From contig NC_092673.1 in the NCBI RefSeq assembly GCF_964355755.1, positions 1,488,001 through 1,552,000 on the forward strand: DNA of 64,000 nucleotides, given 5' to 3'. The notes beneath the pieces are model-generated. The model saw only the letters and a list, made by a program, of their open reading frames with translations. It ran no database searches and was not told where the DNA came from. Source of the DNA: Antedon mediterranea (lineage: Eukaryota > Animalia > Echinodermata). Positions 32,746 through 43,600 of the stretch are shown one piece after another (positions within the stretch are counted from its first letter, which is position 1; each line of letters begins with the position of its first letter). Position numbers and translations under genes: made by a program.

Positions 32746-34080
32746 ACAGGAGGCCTTTATGGTTTGGTTGGTAGACTTGTTTTTGGTAAACTGGTTCAGA
32801 CTCCTGTTGCGTTGAATGTGAATTTTCATTGATACCGGTAGTAATTTGGATTTACATTTTGATTGTCAATTACAGAAGTAATAATTTTATAAATTGGCAA
32901 TGTACACAAAACTAAAATGTTACATTAAAATTTTTGGCTTCCATGGTAAGTTATAAAAATAATTTATGAATAATTATTACAATACATATCTTGGAATATT
33001 TGTACAATCTTTCATAATTTAAAAACATCTTACTAATGTTATCAAAATGCAAGGTATTTTGTGTTTTAGAAACACTATCATACAACAATAATGGGTTACA
33101 CAAAAAATAACTACAGTCACAATACTGTAAATTCTGTCAAATGAAAACAAATATTAAATATTAGGCTAATTTTGTTGCCTACCCTTGATTTGTTAATAAG
33201 GGTCTTTTTCAGTAATACTTTGCATGGTTTTTTTTATACTGTCTGGTGTTATTTTGACTAATTTCAGGCCTGGAACATCCACAGATAAATAATAAAATAA
33301 CAAATGGTATTAGAAGTAGTCACTATCTATCCACATTGGAAGTACAGTCAAAGAATAAATTAAAAAAAAGAGTTGTTGAAAAGAGTTTCTTGAAGTCTAC
33401 AGGTTACGGTAACAAAACTGGTTTTACAAAGATTTAAAAATTAAACTATGTTGAAAAAGCAATCTTATCTAAATCTTAACTATCGTAAAAGAACAATGTC
33501 TTTAGCACAAAGAATTTGAAAAGTTAGAACTTGAAGCATGAATTATTGCACGTTTAACCCACCCAAGACACTTAATGGAATAACCTTCTCAATCGCATTT
33601 CACTAGAGTTTGTCTAGTGTCCGCTCTCCGACTATGGCTAAATTTGATATACCTAGCCTCGACAAAATGTATATTCATTTTGCATGTTCACAAGGTAAAA
33701 AGCACCACGTTTATAATATATCAAGTACTGTAAAATTCCACACGAAATTTTCTTATACTTTGCACTTTCGTTTGTTATTCCACAATTTATGCATAAATAC
33801 TGCAAATAAGTTCTGTGCAAATCTTAGCTTCAAATTCTTCTTTACCTTAAACTATATACAACAACCAGTTGCTGGTTTTATCAAATGTACTGTACAGTAT
33901 ATAAAAATACTACATCTCTTTATACTTGGTCCTATAAAACGTTTTAACTACAAATGTACAATTTTTGGAAGCCAAAAACCAAATTCGTTTACAATATTCA
34001 TGTTCACCAAAATGGAATGGTTGCAAATATTCAGTCTGAAAACATAATTTGAGTTGTCACGTTGGACCAAGCAAGAAAGT

Positions 34081-34566
34081 TTATGAAGCAACTTTTAACA
34101 TTGTTTTCAAATTGTTCTCCATTTGTTTGAAAGACGATGGCGAATGCGGCAGCACATTGAAGCCCTGTATCCAGCCGACAGGTGGCGATGGTAGACAATC
34201 TGGCGGCGGTGCCTCGCTAAATTTCGCACCAGCATATGATGGCGATTCACGCAGTTTGCTTTCTTCCGTCTGCTGGAAGCCTGGTTGCGGAGAATATCTT
34301 ACTTGAAGTGGCGATTGCCTCTTATTGACGTTCATCAAGGGCATCCCATTGGTATAAAAATTAGATTTAACCGGATGGAATGCTGATTTTGGTGAAGATC
34401 TCTGCAGTTGTTTGCTTGGATTTGGACTGAATCCATTTGTTCTATTCTGCTGCTTCATCGGTGAACCACAACCTTGTTGGTCTTTGAATCGCTTCGGTGT
34501 CTTAGTGTGGCTGCTTCTGCGATATGGAGAAGCTTGTAATTGAGTTGGACCCATGTTTGGACTCAT
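34081..34566 (-). CDS. PNRC2: Proline-rich nuclear receptor coactivator (PNRC1/2 family), intronless, about 161 aa
   Basis: PNRC signature SYAGAKFSEAPPPDCLPSPPVGW and C-terminal NLKTMLKV motif. First ATG at 34566. It is probably co-orthologous to vertebrate PNRC1 and PNRC2. Confidence 0.88.
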   Translation of the reverse strand: MSPNMGPTQLQASPYRRSSHTKTPKRFKDQQGCGSPMKQQNRTNGFSPNPSKQLQRSSPKSAFHPVKSNFYTNGMPLMNVNKRQSPLQVRYSPQPGFQQTEESKLRESPSYAGAKFSEAPPPDCLPSPPVGWIQGFNVLPHSPSSFKQMENNLKTMLKVAS

Positions 34567-35019
34567 TTCAATTTCGTAAACTAAAGTTGCACTGATGGCC
34601 AGCAATCTTCTTGATTGACAAAAACTTGGCCTACTGTAGCCTACACTCGATTATTATGGCTTAATTATTACCTTCGTGACAACTCAAATACGTATGAATA
34701 CACTGAATATCTTATAATATAACTGTAACAATAAAATTATCTAAAATTTGACAATCAAACCACCAAATTCGGACAAAGACTTGCACAATGCCAGTTGAAC
34801 AAGCAAGAGGTTTCTTTGAACAGTGTTGATATTTTCGGGAGGGTGTGACCAATCTAAATGACGGTTGAATCCTTCTTTACACATCAAAATGTACTCTTCC
34901 ACTTGTTCATAGAATTGTCAAAGACTGTCTAAACAGATTAACTGACTTGAAAATCCGGAGTGATATAGTAAATATGGGCAAAGGTGCCTCTGAAAATGAT
35001 GATATAACCACAACAAGCT

Positions 35020-35130
35020 CTTCTCTTCTCTCTCTCTCCTTCTGAAATGATCAGAACAAGCGCTTTGTTATCGCAAAATGGTGATAAGGTTTGACCAATC
35101 AATGCGTGCTATTTTAATCACGTGACCGTT
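35020..35130 (-). promoter_or_regulatory. Probable PNRC core promoter
   Basis: CCAAT at about 35095, E-box CACGTG at about 35119 and a GA-rich stretch at 35018-35042 on minus, about 500 bp upstream of the ATG. Confidence 0.4.
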
Positions 35131-35168
35131 TCTGACCTTGTTGTGACGCTAACGTTTCTAATTTTATC

Positions 35169-37024
35169 GGTGACTACTTCTTCGCATGCAGCTAAAGTAA
35201 AATGACGTCACGTTAAAGCGTGTCGTCACAGAGTCTCATGCATATGCAAAAGAATGTTTTGTCTCTGCTTCTTGTGCGCTCATCATGATTTTACAAAATG
35301 TTTTCAGAGTGATATTATTATTAATGATGGTGCGATCGGTGGTACAGAAAATAATCCGATATTGTTCCTGATAACAAAGAAGCAGATTAAATATAGTTGT
35401 TTATTCGACCCATTTGGCTTAGATGCCTAGGCCTAGACAGACTTTCTATGATACCTACTCCAGGCCCGTAGCCAGGGGAAGTTTTTATGGTTCGGGCGAA
35501 ACCCCCCCCCCCCCCCTTTACAGCGAACCCCCTTAACCAACTGCGAACCCCCATCCCCGACATGCCCAATACCTCACCCTCATCTCCAAAAATCCTCCAA
35601 ATACGTGCCTCACAGTACAAAAAGTTGTTTGTAAATTGAAAAATTCGTAAACTTGCATGTTCGTGAACCTTCTTCTCTGTATGAGCGTCAACTAGTGATA
35701 CGTGTCTGTAAATTTCTAAAAGCTGCAAATGAATTGCCGATTTTAACCTGAAAAATAAATGTTTGGTCCCTGCATGTAACATGATATTGACGCGTCTCAT
35801 AGCGAGCTGGCGCACGAACGATTCGTACAAAGGACACCGCCAGACAACTGCGTACCTATTGTTTAGATCACTGGCAGTCAGGCAGCATGCATAAAGTATA
35901 TAGCCTTCCGACGTACATCAATATTTATGTGTGACTATGAAGTATAATGTATCATAGAATTATAGTGAATATTAATATTTTACACTATCTATGGTATCAA
36001 GTACTGTACTGTAGTTCACATTATGGCATCCGATTATTTTTTTCTAGACCACCAGCCGATACGTACTAAAATGTATCAATATCACCTATTTACATATTTA
36101 TATTCCTCAACAAATTGCTGTAAATAAATATTATAGATAGAGCTAGCAAATAGCATTTGCCTTCACCCAGTGTGCTTTTTTCGGGGCGGCTCCTAGATAT
36201 ACGTTCACATTGAACTTGAACGCAAAACAAAATACGGAGTAAATGATCAAACAATCGGCGGTTCCGCACAGAGCACGCGCATCTAAAATACGGCAACAAA
36301 TAGTTATCGTCATTTAAATTATCGACGTGTTTGAGGATGAGGAAAAAAGTACGATCTTTTTGCTCATTGGTTATATAGGTGTATACGAGTGTCTTTTCCG
36401 GCCATCTAGGGGTGTCATTTAACCAAATTCGCTTCGCATCAGGCTGGGGGAGGGGGGGGGGGGGGTTGACCCAAATATTTAGTGTCCGAACCCCCCCCCC
36501 CCCCCCCCCCCCTTGACAGATCCTGGCTACGGCCTTCCACTCACTAGCGGCTTAACTAAACTAAAATACAGTATACACTGCCCACTATCAGGCCATCCAT
36601 ATCCTCCCCTTCATCGTTACCGCGTGGCATCGTGCAGATGTACACTAACCGGGCATACTAGCTAACTTCCCACCCACCCTAGCTCTCAGGTATGCACTGC
36701 GCTGCCACTACAGTAGGAGGCCTAGGCCTAGCCTATTTCGGGTCTCATGTCTTGCAGCATTTGAAAATACGTGACTAATATTGTACATTATTATTATTTT
36801 TTATTCGCACTGGAAGTATATAGGCTCTCCTGTCATGTTAAAATTAAAGTGTATTATTTATTATCCACAGCAGTGAAAACAATTAATATTTTTCGATAAA
36901 TCTCGCGTCGCGTGTGTGAAAAAACTCTCAGCAAGTTTGCTTCATTAATATGCATGAGACTCTGTGACGACCCACTTTAACGTGACGTCATTTTACTTTA
37001 GCTGCATGCGAAGAAGTAGTCACC
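35169..37024. mobile_element. Non-autonomous DNA transposon with about 77-bp TIRs and a perfect 9-bp TSD (AATTTTATC), MULE/Merlin-like, with a nested hAT-like element
   Basis: 35169-35245 (GGTGACTACTTCTTCGCATGCAGC...) is the near-perfect reverse complement of 36948-37024. AATTTTATC lies at 35160-35168 and 37025-37033. Confidence 0.88.
35461..36537 (+). mobile_element. About 1.08-kb non-autonomous hAT-like element, copy 2
   Basis: Collinear with 11935-13021. Flanks TACTC/CACTC form a 5-bp TSD with one mismatch. Confidence 0.85.
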
Positions 37025-37339
37025 AATTTTATCTTGTTTACAAAATTCCAAATATGGAAACCGATAATTGTGTACGTACTTGTTTTACAAAAAAATGGTA
37101 TTTTTGTAATTAAAATATCACAATTTCAACTCATTCTTACTTTATTTCATATCCATAGTTCAGAATTTGGAAAAAAAAACTAGGTCTATCGTATGAGTAG
37201 ATAATGATTGAAAAGTAGTTCCACATTGAATTTCATGCAAAAGGAGTTAAGTGTCATATGACGTCATGATTTATCAAAACATTGGATTGGAAGACTCCAT
37301 TATGATTGTGGGAAGATTTATTGAGGAAAATAACAATAA

Positions 37340-37480
37340 GTTTGATTTGATTTGAATTTATTAGGAAAATCATCATAAAAGATACATACAAAGTAATAAC
37401 ATAAATTACTGACATTATAAATAAATACATTTATAAAATATTTTCCAAGATAGCCCAAAAAGCTCATTAGCTTATAAGTT
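37340..37480 (-). mobile_element. LINE 3'-tail fragment (further fragments at about 53878-53940 and 20555-20605)
   Basis: Minus-strand end ...GATGATTTTCCWAATAAATTCAAATCAAATCAAA is shared between 37340 and 53878. GCTATCTTGGAAAAT is shared with 20571. Confidence 0.5.
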
Positions 37481-39429
37481 TAGAGGATCATCTTTAAACT
37501 TTTTTAAATAAAACTGTTACGTCAAAAAGTCGAGAGGCGTTTTTTGTCTCTTACCGAAAACAAGATTATTTTTTCAGGTAAAAAAATGGTAATGGTATAT
37601 TGATAGGCCTATATATGACGATCATATCAATTAAAAAAATTAAAAAACATTCTTTTTTTTACGTCTATAACAAAATAACCGTACCACCATATAATGAAGG
37701 GTGTGGCTATTTTTTATTGACGAGGTGCAGTGGGTGTGGTGACGTTTATGTCACAATACGCATAACAATGTCGTACCGTTATGTAAAATTAAAGGGTAGG
37801 TTGGCTTTTTTTCTCGGGTTAAAAAAAAATCTACGAACATCTCTATACATGATAAAATTACAAAAATACAACAGCATTTTGTCACACATGCTGCACTGTT
37901 CACTACGGTACTTTCTGACTTTTTTTCAATTTAATCTACCAAAAGTATTATAATCTACACAGTACACACATCTAAATCACGTTGTATATTCAAATCGAAT
38001 TAATATAAAAGGCTAAAAAAAAAAATACAATATTTCTATAATAAAATAGAGAGGGCGCCAAACTATGAATCCGCGTACACGGTCCGTTTTTAATATATTG
38101 TAATACTACGACACGATTATAAAATATGATTTGCTTTTTGACTTTATTATTGAATTAGTCCCCTGGTCAATCCATAGTCGTTGCCACACTTTACATTTTT
38201 TTTTTGTAAAATTAAGCAATGGACAACAATTAAAACATTATGTAATTTCGTTCTCTAAACCAATAAAATGCATTGTTATTGTTATTTTTAAAATAATAGG
38301 CCTAATTACAATTTTGAATATGTATTTCATGTAAGTTTCAAATGTAGGCCTATTTCCATGTTTTATATGGACAATAAGATTTCTAAATATAGTTGAAATG
38401 ATATGGATGGTTCTTGGTCCGCTGGCCGCGCAAGCCTTTAAGGCAGAATTTAAACATTTTTGATTTTCTGGAATACATCTTATTTTATCCCTGCTCCAAC
38501 AAAGGTGTAGGCGTACCGTATTTATTACTAATAACGGGAACATTTTGATACAATTTCTACGGCCCTTTTGATTTTTTTCATATCTACCTATAAAATCCCC
38601 GAATATACTGAGCTGACTGAAACTTGTTTTCTCCATATAATGAACACTGAAATACATTTGAAACTGCCATGAAATACATATTGAAAATTGTAATTATTCG
38701 GGAGGCGTTATTTTTAAAGTTGTGATATAATCACATGCATAATTAAATATAAAAAAAGGGCGGTAAACGTTATATTCGAATAATACTATATTATAATATA
38801 ATTTTATTACAATCATGTAGGCATGCCTAGTTTAATTTCGTGCTCATGATAGATTATTATTACAGATTATGAATAAACCTAAAATCAATATATACCGAAA
38901 CTAATAAGAAATTAGGTTGGTAATGAATACGATATCTATTTTTCGGTCAAATAATTATAATTATTTATACTGTATGATCACAATGATCCGACTTCCGGGG
39001 CCCCTATACTGTTGATCACCTATAAAAGTAATAATAAAATATTATTTTAAACGGAGGCTCGTTTACAACAAAATGTGTTCTTCCACGTGGCCGTATGAAA
39101 GAAATTAAAACTACAATATCACAATTTAATATCAAAGACATATCTGCCTTTTCTATCCTTCTATTATTTTAATATGTTATCTTAATATTTGTATACATGA
39201 TTAGGATGTATAAAAGAACTGTTACAGGACACGATATTATAGAATAGGCCCAAATTGTTTTTTTTGTTGTCAAAATTAACTGTAAGTTAATCTGGAGTTT
39301 ATAATATGTAATTTTAGAGCCATATAATTAAATATAATTTTAAAGAGTCACATTAATTTGTGTATAGTGCTCAATTATAGACCTATAAATTTAAATAGAT
39401 TCATATGAAAGGATTCTATTCGATAGAAA

Positions 39430-39609
39430 TAGTTTTAACGGAAGTGACGTCGAAAGTATTGAAAACACAGCGGGATCATCCGTGTCCGGAAGAAGCTTGT
39501 ATGTGTGAAAGGCGCTGTTTATGCGAACGACGATCGGGTCTACAGCAGTACACGACGATAAGAAAGGCTAGGTTATTGTATGCTCTGAAAGGTCGGTAGC
39601 AGTAAATGG
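39430..39609 (+). promoter_or_regulatory. Promoter and probable first (non-coding) exon of the unidentified plus-strand gene
   Basis: CpG-enriched island with composite ETS-CRE motif CGGAAGTGACGT (39439-39450) and splice donor TGG|GTAAGA after 39609. Confidence 0.55.
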
Positions 39610-40631
39610 GTAAGAATTCGTCATTATTTATTGTTTTTTGATAAGAAATTAGTCGAAACGTATCAATATACCAATGTAGATGATTATGATGTAGTTGATA
39701 CGATATATTTATGCACGTAAATAGGGTTAAATTAGTTTAAAATGTAAGATTACTTCGTTTGGGCTTACTGCTGGCTAGCGTACAATAGTCTGCTAAGCAC
39801 ATACTCAGCAGCGCCAGCGGCTCAGCGGTAGTAACACCACCAATGCATAATCCAACTCGGCCTTCAGCAGCTAGCGGCAGTGCATTACACACATTAACAT
39901 AATACTATATTGGTTGTTCGCTTGCGTTTCATCTCTTGAAAAACTCATTGTGTTGTTGATTTGTTTCAAAGTTTGTGTTTTCATTGACAATTTTTTTTAA
40001 TTTGTTTTTTTTTTTAGAATATAATTATGTAATCCAAAGTGTACACTAAATAAAATACATATTTCTTGAAACTTCATAATATTGACCGCAAATTCTGGTA
40101 GTATGTACTGTAAACATTATCTGAATGCTGGTAAATAAAAACTCGTAGACAGACTCAAAATTAACAACTTAAATGCTAATCATTTTATTTTAGATTTTTG
40201 GTACTATAAATCTGTGAAGTTTTATCTGTTCAGGTCAATTTTTTGCTCCTGGCTAGATTGTACTTTAAATTTGCTAAATATTATTAGGCCACATATAAAA
40301 AGAATACTTGTTTTGCATCCCTCACTAGTTTGACCTGCCTCTGATTTTTTATTTATTATGTCAAAATTGGAGAATCGTCCAAAAAGATCATTTTAAAAAT
40401 ATTTGTATATATTATTATAATTTGTAGCAGCATTTTTTAAATATTGTACTATAGTACTGTACTTTTCTAATTTAGTTTCTAATTTTGAGGGCTAGTATGA
40501 TATGGACATAATAACTTTAATTAATTTTGCACACTATTCCATTTCTTTATAGATTTGGTCAAAACTTTATTTACAAAGGAAACATTTAGTTGTTGTGCGG
40601 AGATTTTCAGGATTATTGTGGATAGCATACT

Positions 40632-43600
40632 ATGCCAGTGTCTTCGCCTCCTTCAATAAATGTCAACAACCCAGGGATTTTAGAAAAACCATCATCTTTG
40701 TATAAAGAACAACGAACACAATATTTCAATCAGTCAGATTCTAGCCAGTATGCTCACCGTGAAGTAGCTATTCGCAGAGATTTGGACGATTACGCGAGGC
40801 CGCCCAGCACGTACGACCCAATGTATGGTCGTGGAAGCACAGTGACAACTACGAGTCCAAGGACTTCTCCATCTTACTTAAGTCTTAGGAATCATATTTC
40901 GCTTGCGAGTCCCACCGAGGCGGGACGTACACACTCCCCGGGTTACGATTTAAGAGAGACGACTGCTAGAAGGCGGTCACACCAAGGTGAGTAGTAGAAA
41001 ATAAACTAAATTTGCATAATTTGTACGTACTATCATTTAAAAAGTGCTGTGTATGTTCTGTCATGATGGAATTAATATATTTTTCTAACTATATACAGTA
41101 TGACTAGTGAAAGATAGCAATAATAACAGATATGAATTTTGTTTTCATGATACAGTATAATTAACGTTCTTTACTACAGTATGTGCATTTTCTTCCTTGA
41201 ATAATAATAATTTATAAAGCACACATATCCACTAGGAGTGCTTAGGCGCTACCAATATACATAATAAATATATAATTATTAAGAAAAAATAACACAGTTT
41301 CCAATGTTTCTCACTCACAGTTATTATAGAGGTGTCTAGAAAACTCAGATCTAGAAAACTCAGATCTCAGATATATCTGAGTTTTCTAGATCTAGAAAAC
41401 TCAGATATATCTGAGATCTTATTATTATTATAGTCCTTGTAATATTGTTGCTGTACTGTGTACGGCATGAAGTCCAATTTTAAAAAATAATGAATTTATT
41501 TTTGTGTTATTATTACCCCTCCTGATATCTTAGATATACTTTTAGTACATGAATCATGTTAAATGTCTGCCAGTAATAAAACCATCCTACTTTGTTCATG
41601 GTGTATGTATCACTAACCTAACACCTGTGTTTTGGCGCGTTGTTTCATTTATATCTGGGTATGTGCTGGATAGATAAACCAATCTACTGAGTGTTTAAGA
41701 TGCTGTACAGTAGGCCTTGCTTGACTGATTTGATTCCTGCTGCCATAGTTCAATCATGCATGCTTCAACGGCCTAGCTTCAACCTCTAGCTTGCTGCCAT
41801 AGTTCAATCATGCATGTTTCAACGGCCTAGCTTCAACCTCTAGCTTAAGAAATAAAAAAAAAAAGCCAAAATGATTCTTTTCTTGAGGTTTTAACAGTAA
41901 TTTCCTTCTGACGTTTTGAGGTCAAAATACGAAGATTGACAGATTATTATCAAGATAACTGTAGGCCTATCAATATAGTACAGTACTGTGCTTGATTGAT
42001 AAACTCATAATCTGTCCACAGAAATTCCACACCACAAGTTAACAATTTCGGAAACATAATATTGTTTAAAAATTTGATTCATCACAAAATATCTTGCACA
42101 ATCGGCATTGTTTACCAGAGGTGCATCACGCATTCTGCCTAATAATCGGATATAATTACTGTATGTATTAAATACAGTTTAAATAAACCTAAAAAAACAG
42201 AATTCACAGAAAGTAAACATGGTTGTCATCAATGTTTTTATCTATTAAAACCAACATTTTGACCGATTTTGTTAATATTTGAGAGATTGGATTAAAGTTT
42301 GGGAGGCTAAAAAGTGGGAGAGTTAGGACGTCTCATTCAAATGTTGTGCCTACAGTATTTCTTCAGCCTTTACAGAGAAAAAAGTATAGTAATGACATCA
42401 GCTATTTTATGCTACAGTCTGAATAGTAATGAGATCAAATTGTCAAGGATTTTGACTCATGGCGTTCCACAAAATCTGTATTAGAAACCTAGTGTTCCGT
42501 ATTGGCTATATTACCGTCAACTCTTAATTAATTTAATATTAATACAAGTCATTGACATTGCTTATTATTCAATGTGTAATGGGATCTCAAAGATGTTTAA
42601 CTATCACAGGATACCATATTCTTTGCTGTATAGTACTAGGTAATAGTGGCATGCAGTGCCTATTTAGTCCTGATGGATTTTTTTGTGGTCAGATTTATAT
42701 AATAAATACTGTAGATTTTGACAAATTACAATACAAGTGCACAGCACAGTATTTTTAAATCTAGCAATTTAGACATGCTCTATAAATTCAGCGTCTGATT
42801 TTTTTTTTATCAGCATTACATTGAGAAAAAAAATCTACATATATCTAACTATACTACTACATAATACTATATACTACAGTACTGTTACTATACTACTATA
42901 CAGTATATTCTTGTGTTTACAGTATCATTTTGAAAGGTAGAAATAGTACGGTATTGTACACATAGATTTGGTAAGAAATGATGAATATACTTCATGTACA
43001 GTAGATAGCAAAAGATTATTAGCAAAAAAGACAAATCTGATAGACGGTATTTAATATAGTTTGTCTTTTAGTTCTGAATATTTTAAAACATGCACAATTT
43101 ATTTGAGTATTTGTTTGTATATCTTGACCTGAAAATTAGAATTAGATTTCACTCACCATAGATAAAAAATAGCAGAGAGCAGGCGCAGATTTAGTTGGTG
43201 GATGAACCAATTTAAAAAAAATAAAATAAGACTATTTTTATTTTTCTGTAACCAGTCGAATCGTTTTTATAATTTATGAAATATTCTATAAAGTAATCTA
43301 TAATGCTACAGTAGATCTGCCCCTGCAGAGTATGGATCTATTGTCTAGAATGCTGTGAATTCAAATACGGTATTCATATTTATAAACTTTGGACAATATA
43401 TTATAATCCACCATGGACCGTACTGTACTTCTCTAGGTTAAAGCTGATTGTTGCAGTTGCTCTATATAGTTTATCACATTCTTCGTTTATATAAGTCAAC
43501 TAATTTGAAATTAGTAAGTAATTTTACTAGTGTTGTCTGCACACATGGGAACATAACACGTGTGTAAAGCGTGTTTGTTTCCCCAGAGAGGTTTGTGTGA

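Noticed and set aside
33610-34306. Plus-strand ORFs of 145 and 85 aa
   Set aside because: They are antisense to the PNRC CDS and 3' UTR, start at non-ATG codons and have no recognisable domain.
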